This document shows, piece by piece, positions 39,614 to 48,226 of a stretch of DNA of 64,000 nucleotides. Below the pieces are notes generated by a model that saw only the letters and a list, made by a program, of their open reading frames with translations, was not told the DNA's origin and did not search any database. The stretch lies in NCBI GenBank assembly GCA_965204735.1, contig OZ242008.1:1152001-1216000 (forward strand). Direction: 5' to 3'. The stretch is from Longimicrobiales bacterium (GTDB taxonomy: Bacteria > Gemmatimonadota > Gemmatimonadetes > Longimicrobiales > Gaopeijiaceae). Position 1 is the stretch's first letter, and each line of letters starts with the position of its first letter. Made by a program: the position numbers and the translations under genes.

Positions 39614-42600
39614 TCAAAGGCATCGTCAAGAAGATCGTCGGTTCCCGCCACGGACGGGAAGTCCGGCGACTGGCGCCCCTCGTCGGTCGGATCAACGCGC
39701 AGTGCGCGGCGCTGGCCGAGATCTCCGAGGAGGCGCTGAGGGCGAAGACCGACGAGTTTCGCGAGCGGGTCGGCGAGAGCGTGCAGGAGATCATGGCCGA
39801 GATCGAAGCGACCCGCGAACGGAAGCGCACGAGCGCCGACCCCGACGAGCGGGAGACCCTCGGCCTGGAGATCGGGAAGCTGGAAGAGCGCTGTCGCGAG
39901 GCGCTCGCAGAGGCCATGGAGGAGATCCTGCCCGAGGCCTTTGCCGTGGTGAAGGAGGCCTGCCGGCGGCTCGTCGGCCGGCAGGTGCGCGTGACGGGGC
40001 AGCTGCTGGAGTGGGACATGGTTCCTTACGACGTGCAGCTCATCGGCGCCGTCCAGCTGCACCGAGGGCAAGTCGCCGAGATGGCCACCGGCGAAGGGAA
40101 GACGCTGGTCGCCACCATGCCCCTCTACCTGAACGCGCTGGCTGGGCGGGGGGCGCACCTGGTCACCGTGAACTCGTACCTGGCGCAGCGGGACGCCGAA
40201 TGGATGGGGGCGATCTACGGCCTGCTGGGCCTGACGGTGGGGTGCATCGACCTCCACGAACCGGGCTCGCCGGAGCGCCGGGCGGCCTACAACGCCGACA
40301 TCACCTATGGGACCAACAACGAGTTCGGCTTCGACTACCTGCGAGACAACATGGTGCACTCCATGGAGCAGCGAGTGCAGCGCCGGCACTACTACGCGAT
40401 CATCGACGAGGTGGACTCGATCCTGGTCGACGAAGCCAGGACGCCCCTGATCATCTCGGGCCCGGTAAGCCGGGACACCTCCACGCCGTTCAAGCAGATG
40501 GCCCCGGTGGTGGGCGCGCTCTTCCGCAAGCAGTCGCGCACCGTGGGAGCCATGATCGCAGAGTCGGAGAAGTTCCTGGGGGAGGAAGGCGAGGAGCTCC
40601 GGTACGAGGCCGGAGAGAAGCTGCTGGCGGCGAAGCGCGGGGCGCCCAAGAACAAGCGGCTGATGAAGCTCTTCGCCGACCAGCCGGCGGTGGTGAAGCT
40701 CGTCGAGAAGGTCGAGGGGGACTACATGCGCGACAAGCGCCTCCACGAGATCGACGAGATGCTCTTCTTCGCCATGGACGAGAAGGGGAGCAACGTCCAC
40801 CTCTCGGACAAGGGGCTGGACGAGCTTTCGCCTGGAGACCCGGACGCCTTCGTGGTGCCGGACCTGTCGGAGGTCATGGGCCGGATACAGGAAGACGAGG
40901 AGCTCTCGCTGGAGGAGAGACGGAACCGAATCGCCGAGCTCGAGGCCGAGTACGCCGACAAGTCCCAGCAGATACACGTCATCCACCAGCTCCTGAAGGC
41001 GTACACGCTCTTCCACAAGGACGAGCGGTACATCATCGGCGACGACGGGGCCATCGTCATCGTGGACGAGTTCACGGGGCGGCAGATGCCGGGTCGCCGC
41101 TGGAGCGACGGGCTCCACCAGGCCGTGGAGGCGAAGGAGGGCGTGGAGGTGAAGGGCGAGACCCAGACCCTCGCCACGATCACGATCCAGAACTACTTCA
41201 GGATGTACGACAAGCTGGCGGGGATGACCGGCACCGCCGAGACGGAGGAGACCGAGTTCCACCAGATATACGGGCTCGACGTGGCCGTGGTCCCCACCAA
41301 CCGCGCGATCGCCCGCGACGACCGGGACGACCTGGTCTTCCGCACGAAGCGCGAGAAGTACGTGGCGATCATGGACGAGATCGAGCGTCTCAACCGCCTG
41401 GAGCTGCCAGTGCTGGTGGGGACCACCAACGTGGAGGTCTCCGAGACGCTCTCCCGAATGCTCCGCCGGCGGGGGCTGGCCCACAACGTCCTCAACGCCA
41501 AGCAGCACAAGCGCGAGTCGGAGGTCGTGGCCGAGGCGGGACGCGCCGGGGCGGTGACGATCGCGACGAACATGGCCGGGCGAGGCACGGACATCAAGCT
41601 GGGGCCGGGAGTGACCGAGCCCCGCACGATGGCGTGGGTGCGGGAGCGGGAGATGGAGCCGGAGGAAGTGGCCACCACCGATCCCAACCGTTGGGAGGAG
41701 CTGGACGGAAAGCCCGACGACCACATGGTCGAGGACGGCGGGCTCCACATCCTGGGGTCCGAACGCCACGAGGCGCGACGGATCGACCGGCAGCTGAGAG
41801 GCCGCGCGGGACGGCAAGGGGACCCCGGGGCGTCCCAGTTCTTCCTCTCGCTGGAGGACGACCTGATGCGCCTCTTCGGCGGCATGGAGCGGATCGCCAA
41901 GGCGATGGACCGGATGGGCGCGGAGGAGGGCGAAGTGATCACCCATCCGCTGGTCACCCGGTCGATCGGGCGGGCCCAGAAGCGAGTCGAGGGGAACAAC
42001 TTCGAGGCGCGCAAGCGGCTGCTGGACTACGACGACGTGATGAACCAGCAGCGGGAGGTGATCTACGACCTTCGGCTCTTCGCCCTCGAAGGAGGCGAGG
42101 ACCTGAGGAGCGAGCTCTGGGAGATGATCCGCCACACGATGGAAGCAGCCTTCGCGAGCCACCTGCCGGAATCGGGGCTGGAGGAGGGGATCGACGTGGC
42201 CGGCTTGCGGCAGCAGATGCTGCTCGACCTGCACACGGCGCTGCCGCCGCTGGAGAACGAGGGCGCGCAGGAGGAGTTGGAGCGGCGCGCCGTGCTGGAG
42301 GCGGCCGAGAAGGCGGTGCGCGAGTCCTTCGACCGGAAGATCGAGTCCTTCGGCGAGCTGCGGGAGCGGGTCATGGGCTTCGTCATGCTCTCGACGATCG
42401 ACAGCAAGTGGAAGGACCACCTTTACGACCTGGACCACCTGAAGGCGTCGATCGGCTTCCGGGGGTGGGGCCAGAAGGACCCGCTGGTCGAGTACAAGAA
42501 GGAAGCCTACGAGATGTTCGTGGGACTGATGGACGACATCCGGCGGACGGTGACCCAGAACTTCTTTCGGGTGCGGCTGGAGCAGCGGCCCGTCATGCGG

Positions 42601-43056
42601 CACCCGACCGCGGGGCAGCAGCGTCGGTTGTCGTACTCGGGGCCGTCGGAGACGCCGGGCCAGGGCGCGGTCGCGCGCCCGCGCCGAGGCGTCGGGCCTG
42701 CAGGGCGGGGCCGGCCGGCCGGAGACGCCGGGCCGGGCGCCGACGGCGGCGGGCGTGACGGGAGGAAGGAACCCGAGCCCTTGGTTCGCCGCACGGTCCG
42801 CGTCGACTCGTTGGGAATGGCGGTGCCCGGCACGCCGGTAAGCGGTGGCAGGGAGGGCGCCCTGGAGGGTCGCGACGGCTTTGGCGTGGGCGCCGGCAAC
42901 GGAGACACGGGTCCCGACGTGCGGCGACTCGCCACCAACCGAGGCGGATCGAGGTCTCGCGCGCCGGTCAAGGCCGCCAAGGCGCCGGGGCGGAACGAAC
43001 CTTGTCCCTGCGGCAGCGGACGCAAGTACAAGAAGTGCCACGGGGCGTTGGGGTAG
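39610..43056 (+). CDS. secA: preprotein translocase ATPase SecA
   Basis: MATGEGKT, DEVDSILVDEARTPLIISG, TNMAGRGTDI, SEC-C CPCGSGRKYKKCH. Confidence 0.99.
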   Translation: MIKGIVKKIVGSRHGREVRRLAPLVGRINAQCAALAEISEEALRAKTDEFRERVGESVQEIMAEIEATRERKRTSADPDERETLGLEIGKLEERCREALAEAMEEILPEAFAVVKEACRRLVGRQVRVTGQLLEWDMVPYDVQLIGAVQLHRGQVAEMATGEGKTLVATMPLYLNALAGRGAHLVTVNSYLAQRDAEWMGAIYGLLGLTVGCIDLHEPGSPERRAAYNADITYGTNNEFGFDYLRDNMVHSMEQRVQRRHYYAIIDEVDSILVDEARTPLIISGPVSRDTSTPFKQMAPVVGALFRKQSRTVGAMIAESEKFLGEEGEELRYEAGEKLLAAKRGAPKNKRLMKLFADQPAVVKLVEKVEGDYMRDKRLHEIDEMLFFAMDEKGSNVHLSDKGLDELSPGDPDAFVVPDLSEVMGRIQEDEELSLEERRNRIAELEAEYADKSQQIHVIHQLLKAYTLFHKDERYIIGDDGAIVIVDEFTGRQMPGRRWSDGLHQAVEAKEGVEVKGETQTLATITIQNYFRMYDKLAGMTGTAETEETEFHQIYGLDVAVVPTNRAIARDDRDDLVFRTKREKYVAIMDEIERLNRLELPVLVGTTNVEVSETLSRMLRRRGLAHNVLNAKQHKRESEVVAEAGRAGAVTIATNMAGRGTDIKLGPGVTEPRTMAWVREREMEPEEVATTDPNRWEELDGKPDDHMVEDGGLHILGSERHEARRIDRQLRGRAGRQGDPGASQFFLSLEDDLMRLFGGMERIAKAMDRMGAEEGEVITHPLVTRSIGRAQKRVEGNNFEARKRLLDYDDVMNQQREVIYDLRLFALEGGEDLRSELWEMIRHTMEAAFASHLPESGLEEGIDVAGLRQQMLLDLHTALPPLENEGAQEELERRAVLEAAEKAVRESFDRKIESFGELRERVMGFVMLSTIDSKWKDHLYDLDHLKASIGFRGWGQKDPLVEYKKEAYEMFVGLMDDIRRTVTQNFFRVRLEQRPVMRHPTAGQQRRLSYSGPSETPGQGAVARPRRGVGPAGRGRPAGDAGPGADGGGRDGRKEPEPLVRRTVRVDSLGMAVPGTPVSGGREGALEGRDGFGVGAGNGDTGPDVRRLATNRGGSRSRAPVKAAKAPGRNEPCPCGSGRKYKKCHGALG

Positions 43057-43751
43057 TGGCCGGCGCCCGCCCGCCGGCGGCCCGGCCCCGGGAGCGGCTG
43101 CGGCGCTACGGCCCTGGTCCTCTGTCCGAGCAGGAGCTCCTGGCGCTGGTGATCGGGTCCGGGACGGGCGCCACGGCGGCGTGGGATTTGGCCGAGCAGG
43201 TGCTGGAGCTCTCCGGGGGGCAGCTCCGCGAGATGGCCCGGATCGACCTGGGGCGGTTGACCGGGATCGCCGGCATCGGTCCCGCCCAGGCGGCGCGGAT
43301 CGTGGCGGCCGTCGAGCTGGGAAGGCGAGTGGCGTCCGCGCGGTCGGCCCCCGAGGGGCCGATTACAGGTCCCCAGGACGTGCACGAGATATTTGCGCCG
43401 TCGCTGGCCCATCTGGAGCACGAGGAGTTCCACGTCCTTCTCCTCAACTCCCAGAACGGACCGATCTGCCAGCGGCAGGTGACCCGAGGCATCCTGGACG
43501 CGTCCCTGATCCATCCCCGCGAGGTCTTCCGGGACGCCATCGTGCTTCGAGCGGCGGCGTTGATCCTGGTCCACAACCACCCTTCCGGGAACCCTGAACC
43601 GTCCTCGGAGGACATGCGGGTCACCCGCCAGCTGGCGGCCGCCGGCGACCAGCTGGGCATCCCGGTGCTCGACCACATCATCGTCGCGGGCTCCAGCTTC
43701 GCGTCGCTGGCAAGCCGGGGGTGCTTCCCCGAAGTGGAGGAGGCGGCCTAG
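43056..43751 (+). CDS. radC: RadC family JAB-domain protein
   Basis: PRERL..LSEQELLA, HhH GIGPA, HPREVF, HNHPSG..PSSED, LDHII. Confidence 0.95.
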   Translation: MAGARPPAARPRERLRRYGPGPLSEQELLALVIGSGTGATAAWDLAEQVLELSGGQLREMARIDLGRLTGIAGIGPAQAARIVAAVELGRRVASARSAPEGPITGPQDVHEIFAPSLAHLEHEEFHVLLLNSQNGPICQRQVTRGILDASLIHPREVFRDAIVLRAAALILVHNHPSGNPEPSSEDMRVTRQLAAAGDQLGIPVLDHIIVAGSSFASLASRGCFPEVEEAA

Positions 43752-43803
43752 CTCCAGGGACTCGCGGGCGCCACGGCGCAGGCTCGGCTCGGCCTAGGCC
43801 TGG

Positions 43804-43920
43804 TCAGTCAAAGGCGATCCTGTCTGTCGAGCCGAGTCTGTCAAGCCAAGCTCCCGCTTCCGCAAGCCAAAGCTCCCGCTTCCGGCTTCCGTTGGGCCGA
43901 GTCCTGCGCGCCGCCGGCAT
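43804..43920 (-). CDS. possible 38-aa small protein
   Basis: ATG preceded by GGAGCAGG, 31 nt downstream of the WYL gene stop on the same strand. Confidence 0.25.
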   Translation of the reverse strand: MPAARRTRPNGSRKRELWLAEAGAWLDRLGSTDRIAFD

Positions 43921-43951
43921 CCTGCTCCGTCGCGAAAGGGGTCGACTCGGA

Positions 43952-44368
43952 TCACAGCGCCTTCCAGACCTTGGACAGGACCGTGTTCTCCGGGTCGTAG
44001 CCGGGAGCGGCGCCGCGGAACGTGGCGTCGGACACTTCAAGTCCCCTGACTTTGCCAAGGGCGAAGTGCTTCCATCCGGTGGGTGTCGTCCGGCTTCCGC
44101 CGCCCACCTGCCACGCCAGCAGAAGCGGGTTGCCGGAGGCGCCGACTCCCACTGCGTGGGGCAGAACGAGCCGCAGAGTCAGGTCCGAGCCGTAGACCAG
44201 GCGCACCTCCTTGCGCTTGGCGATGGCGGCGCCCAGTTCGATCAGCATCTCGGCAAGGCGCTCCTGGGCTACCCGTTCCCGCGCGAGACGCTCTCGTTCG
44301 GCAACGTCGGACGCCGCCGCACCGTCGGGCGTCGTTCGAGGTCCATGTCCGTCATCGGACTCGTTCAT
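43952..44368 (-). CDS. stand-alone WYL-domain protein (138 aa)
   Basis: AIAKRKEVRLVY..RLVLPHAVG..LLAWQ..GWKHFALGKVRGLEV..F..PGYDP pattern; no HTH evident. Confidence 0.75.
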   Translation of the reverse strand: MNESDDGHGPRTTPDGAAASDVAERERLARERVAQERLAEMLIELGAAIAKRKEVRLVYGSDLTLRLVLPHAVGVGASGNPLLLAWQVGGGSRTTPTGWKHFALGKVRGLEVSDATFRGAAPGYDPENTVLSKVWKAL

Positions 44369-44469
44369 GGTTGCCGAGCCGGTCCCAGGTCGTCGTTGGG
44401 GATGCGAGCGGCCTCGGGCGTTCGCCGAGTCGCACAATCGTCGCACAGTCAATCTGGCGCCCGACTCGG

Positions 44470-44506
44470 GAATAGTGAAGCTGCCGGGGAACAGTGAAGC
44501 TGCCGG
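44470..44506. repeat. tandem direct repeat, 19-bp period
   Basis: GAATAGTGAAGCTGCCGG (44470-44487) and GAACAGTGAAGCTGCCGG (44489-44506). Confidence 0.9.
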
Positions 44507-44532
44507 CTCGTGCTTGCAGGAGGAACCGACCG

Positions 44533-45795
44533 TCAGGGCTCGTGGCCCAACACCTCCGGGTGCGCTTCCAGGACGGCGGCAATTCCCCGTTCCAGGTTTC
44601 GCACGTCGGTCCAGCCTTGGGCGACCAGGAGCTTGGCGACCTCCAGGCTGCGGACGCCGCTGTGGCAGTACACCACCACTGGCCGGTCCCGAGGGATCTC
44701 GTTCAGGCGCTCGGGGAGCTGGCCCATGGGCACAAGCACCGCTCCCAGGCCGCTCAGGTTCATGGCGTGCCACTCTGCGGGTTCGCGCACGTCCAGAAGG
44801 AAGGGGCGGTCGTGGTCGGAAGACGCGGCCGGAGCGCTGCCGGCCGGGGCGTCGCCGGTCATCGCGGCGGTCAAGTCGCTCGGATCCAGCCTGCCTACGC
44901 CGTTTTCGTCGGCGCCCGGGTCCGGGGCCTGGGCCGTACCGCAGAAGTCGTCGTAGTCCACCGGCGCCGCGATCGTCGGACGGTCGCCGCACACGGGACA
45001 TCCGCGATCTCGCCGGACTTCGATCTCGCGCCACCGGTGCGCCAGCGCGTCGAAGATCAGGAGCCGGCCCGCCACGGACTCTCCCACGCCCAGCAGGAGC
45101 TTGATCGCCTCCAGCGCCTGGGCTGCGCCCACCACGCCGGGCAACGCTCCGAAGACGCCGGCCTCGGCGCAGTTGGGAACCATCCCCGGGGGCGGCGGCT
45201 CGCGGAAGAGGCAGCGGTAGCAGGGGCCGCCCTTCGTCGCGAAGACCGCAAGCTGGCCTTCCCACCGATGGACGGCGCCGTACACGTTGGGCTTGCCCGA
45301 GAGCACGCAGGCGTCGTTGACGAGGTAGCGAGTGGGGAAGTTGTCGCTTCCGTCCACGACCACGTCGTACTCCGCCACGATCCCCATCGCGTTGTGGGAA
45401 GCGAACTTCTGCGGGTATGTCTCGACGTGGACGTGAGGGTTGAGGTCGGAGAGCGCCTCCTTGGCCGAATCCACCTTGAGACGGTCCAGGTCCGACGTGC
45501 CGTGGAGGACCTGTCGCTGGAGGTTGGTCGCGTCCACCACGTCGGGGTCCGCCACGCCCAGCGTGCCCACTCCGGCGGCGGCAAGGTACAGCGCCGCGGG
45601 CGAGCCCAGGCCGCCGGCCCCGACCAGCAGCGCCCGGGCCGCCTTGAGGCGTTCCTGTCCCGCCCGGCCCACTTCGGGGAGGACCAAGTGGCGGGCGTAG
45701 CGAACCGCCTCGGCCGGGGCTAGGGGAGCCGCTAGGCCGAGGGGAGCCGCTGGGGCTGGGGGAGCGTTTGCGGTCAACGGGCGGCTACATCGCAA
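44533..45795 (-). CDS. moeB: MoeB/MoeZ E1-like adenylyltransferase with C-terminal rhodanese
   Basis: RYARH, GAGGLG, NLQRQ, DGSDNF, CYRC, CAEAG, CPVC, CHSGVRS; start uncertain (TTG 45777 possible). Confidence 0.93.
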   Translation of the reverse strand: MRCSRPLTANAPPAPAAPLGLAAPLAPAEAVRYARHLVLPEVGRAGQERLKAARALLVGAGGLGSPAALYLAAAGVGTLGVADPDVVDATNLQRQVLHGTSDLDRLKVDSAKEALSDLNPHVHVETYPQKFASHNAMGIVAEYDVVVDGSDNFPTRYLVNDACVLSGKPNVYGAVHRWEGQLAVFATKGGPCYRCLFREPPPPGMVPNCAEAGVFGALPGVVGAAQALEAIKLLLGVGESVAGRLLIFDALAHRWREIEVRRDRGCPVCGDRPTIAAPVDYDDFCGTAQAPDPGADENGVGRLDPSDLTAAMTGDAPAGSAPAASSDHDRPFLLDVREPAEWHAMNLSGLGAVLVPMGQLPERLNEIPRDRPVVVYCHSGVRSLEVAKLLVAQGWTDVRNLERGIAAVLEAHPEVLGHEP

Positions 45796-45899
45796 GGGGG
45801 AAGGGGGAGTGTGCGGCGGAGCGCCGAGGCGGGCCTAGGCGGGGCGAATGCAAGCGGGGCAGGGCGGCCACGGGGGCGAGCGTCGGCAAGGCCCGCAAC

Positions 45900-47762
45900 C
45901 TATTCCGACGAGCCATCTTCGCCAAGAGCATCGGGCGCCGGTTGCGACGCCGAGGCGTGCTCCAGGATCAAGGCCACGAACGCTTCGCCGTAGCGGTCCA
46001 GCTTCGTCTCGCCTACGCCGGAGATGCGGGCGAACGCCTCCAAGGTCGTGGGCCGCTGTTCCACCATCTCCCGCAGGCTCATGTCGTGGAAGACGACGTA
46101 CGGCGGGACTCCCTGCGCCTTGGCCAGCTCGGTTCGCCGGCGGCGGAGGGCTTCCCAGAGGGCGTCGCTCCACGTCGACGGGTCCGCGGGCGGCCGAGGG
46201 GCCGCGCGCTTGCTCGGCTTCTTGACGCGCTTGGGGCGCAGGTCCCGACGCATGCGCACCTCGACCTCGCCTCGCAGCACGGGGCGGCTCGCCTCGGTGA
46301 GGCTGAGGCTCCCGTACCCCTCCATGTCCACCTTGAGGAAGCCGCGGGCCACCAGCTGCCGGAAGACGGAGCGCCACTCGTAGGCGCCGATCTCCTTGCC
46401 GATGCCGTAGGTCGAGAGGCGGTGGTGGCCGAAACGCCGGATGCGGTCGGCTTCGCTGCCCCGTAGCACGTCGATCACGTACACCGCGCCGAAGCGCTGG
46501 CCGGTGCGCTGCACGCACGAGAGGGCCTTCTGCGCGGCTTCGGTGGCGTTCCACGTCTCCACGGGGCGCAGGCAGTTGTCGCAGGCGCCGCACCGGGCGG
46601 GCGCCGCTTCGCCGAAGTACGAGAGCAGCGTTCGACGCCGGCACGTGGTGAGCTCGCAGTAGCCCAGCAGCGCGTCCAGCTTGCGTACTTCCAGTCGCTT
46701 CCGCGCGTCTCCGGCCTCCGAGTTCTCCACCATGTGCCTGAGCATGACCACGTCCTGCAGGCCGTAGGCCATCCAGGCGTCGGCGGGGTCGCCGTCCCGT
46801 CCCGCCCGTCCCGTCTCCTGATAGTAGGCCTCGATGCTCTTGGGAAGGTCCAGATGGGCCACGAAGCGCACGTCGGGCTTGTCGATGCCCATCCCGAAGG
46901 CGATCGTCGCGACCATGACCACGCCTTCCTGGCGGAGGAATCGGTCCTGGTTCGCCTGGCGCTCCCGCTTGCCGAGGCCCGCGTGGTAGGGAAGGGCGTC
47001 CACGCCGGCGTCCCGGAGCCACTCGGCGGTGCCGTCCACTCCCTTTCGCGAGAGGCGGTAGACGATCCCGGCGCGTCCCGCATGGCGCTCCTGGAGGAAG
47101 GCGTGCAGCTGCTTGCGCGGGTTGTCCTTCGGAACCACCGAGTAGCGGATGTTGGGGCGGTCGAAGCCGCTGACGAATACGGGCGAGCCGCCCAATCCCA
47201 GCCGGTCGACGATCTCGCGGCGAGTGGGCTCGTCGGCGGTCGCCGTGAGGGCGATCCGGGGGACGCCGGGGAAGCGCTCGCGAAGGGCCGAGAGGCGGAG
47301 GTACTCGGGGCGGAAGTCGTGTCCCCACTGGGAGACGCAGTGGGCCTCGTCGATGGCGAAGAGGGCCAGCGGAACGTTGGACAGCAGTTCGAGGGTTCGG
47401 TCTCCCAGGAGGCGTTCGGGGGCGACGTAGAGGAGGTCGAGGCGACCTGCGGTCAGCGCGGACTCGACCTTGCGCACTTCGTGGTAGGGCAGGCTCGAGT
47501 TGAGGCCGGCCGCTCGGACGCCGGCTTGCCGGAGGGATTCGACCTGGTCGCGCATGAGCGCGATGAGAGGCGACACCACGACGCCGGTCCCGTCGCGGAC
47601 GATGGAGGGGATCTGGTAGCAGATGGACTTGCCGCCGCCCGTGGGCATGAGGACCAAGCTGTCGCCTCCGGCCACGGTGTGGCGGACGACTTCCTCCTGC
47701 TGGCCCCGGAAGTCGGAGTAGCCGAATACACGGGCGAGGACGCGACGGCTTTCGTCGGTCAT
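45900..47762 (-). CDS. recQ: ATP-dependent DNA helicase RecQ
   Basis: [47 protein letters not shown] domain. Confidence 0.98.
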   Translation of the reverse strand: MTDESRRVLARVFGYSDFRGQQEEVVRHTVAGGDSLVLMPTGGGKSICYQIPSIVRDGTGVVVSPLIALMRDQVESLRQAGVRAAGLNSSLPYHEVRKVESALTAGRLDLLYVAPERLLGDRTLELLSNVPLALFAIDEAHCVSQWGHDFRPEYLRLSALRERFPGVPRIALTATADEPTRREIVDRLGLGGSPVFVSGFDRPNIRYSVVPKDNPRKQLHAFLQERHAGRAGIVYRLSRKGVDGTAEWLRDAGVDALPYHAGLGKRERQANQDRFLRQEGVVMVATIAFGMGIDKPDVRFVAHLDLPKSIEAYYQETGRAGRDGDPADAWMAYGLQDVVMLRHMVENSEAGDARKRLEVRKLDALLGYCELTTCRRRTLLSYFGEAAPARCGACDNCLRPVETWNATEAAQKALSCVQRTGQRFGAVYVIDVLRGSEADRIRRFGHHRLSTYGIGKEIGAYEWRSVFRQLVARGFLKVDMEGYGSLSLTEASRPVLRGEVEVRMRRDLRPKRVKKPSKRAAPRPPADPSTWSDALWEALRRRRTELAKAQGVPPYVVFHDMSLREMVEQRPTTLEAFARISGVGETKLDRYGEAFVALILEHASASQPAPDALGEDGSSE

Positions 47763-48226
47763 TTGGCGGTGGGCGTCGCTTTGGCCCTGTGGAAGGACGA
47801 CTTCGTGCTGCCGGCCAGCTGAACCAGGGCTGCCGACGCGCCTCCGGCGGCGCCGGCGAGCAGCCCGGCAAAGAGCAGCACGACGAGGAAGAACGCAGGT
47901 CCAGGAATACCGCCAAGGACGCCGCCGACAAGGCGCGCCACCTGGGCCACTGGACCACGGGCGGCGGCCAAGAGGAGCAGGGCGCCCCATCCGACGGCGC
48001 CGGCGAGGGCGGCCGTGGCCGCCGGAGCCCAGCGGCGGGCGGCAGGCGTCCAAGGGTGGACAGGCTCCAGGGCGCCCTCTCTGTCGCCAGGGCGATCTCG
48101 CCGCGCGGCCCAGCCGAGCCACGCTCCGACCACGGCGCCCACCACGGGCAACGCAACCCATCCGACAAGCCAACTCCCGGCGGCCACGCCTGCGGCGCCC
48201 ACCGCGACTGCAAGGAGAGCGGTCAC
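47759..48226 (-). CDS. hypothetical membrane protein
   Basis: Several hydrophobic helices; 4-nt overlaps with both flanking genes. Confidence 0.75.
   Translation of the reverse strand: MTALLAVAVGAAGVAAGSWLVGWVALPVVGAVVGAWLGWAARRDRPGDREGALEPVHPWTPAARRWAPAATAALAGAVGWGALLLLAAARGPVAQVARLVGGVLGGIPGPAFFLVVLLFAGLLAGAAGGASAALVQLAGSTKSSFHRAKATPTAK

Noticed and set aside
43056..43751. radC as a mobile-element marker
   Set aside because: Full-length form with HhH, coupled to secA; no integrase or att site seen
45716..45770. GGGGAGCCGCT repeats and G-runs
   Set aside because: Low-complexity Ala/Pro N-terminus of moeB; unremarkable at this GC content
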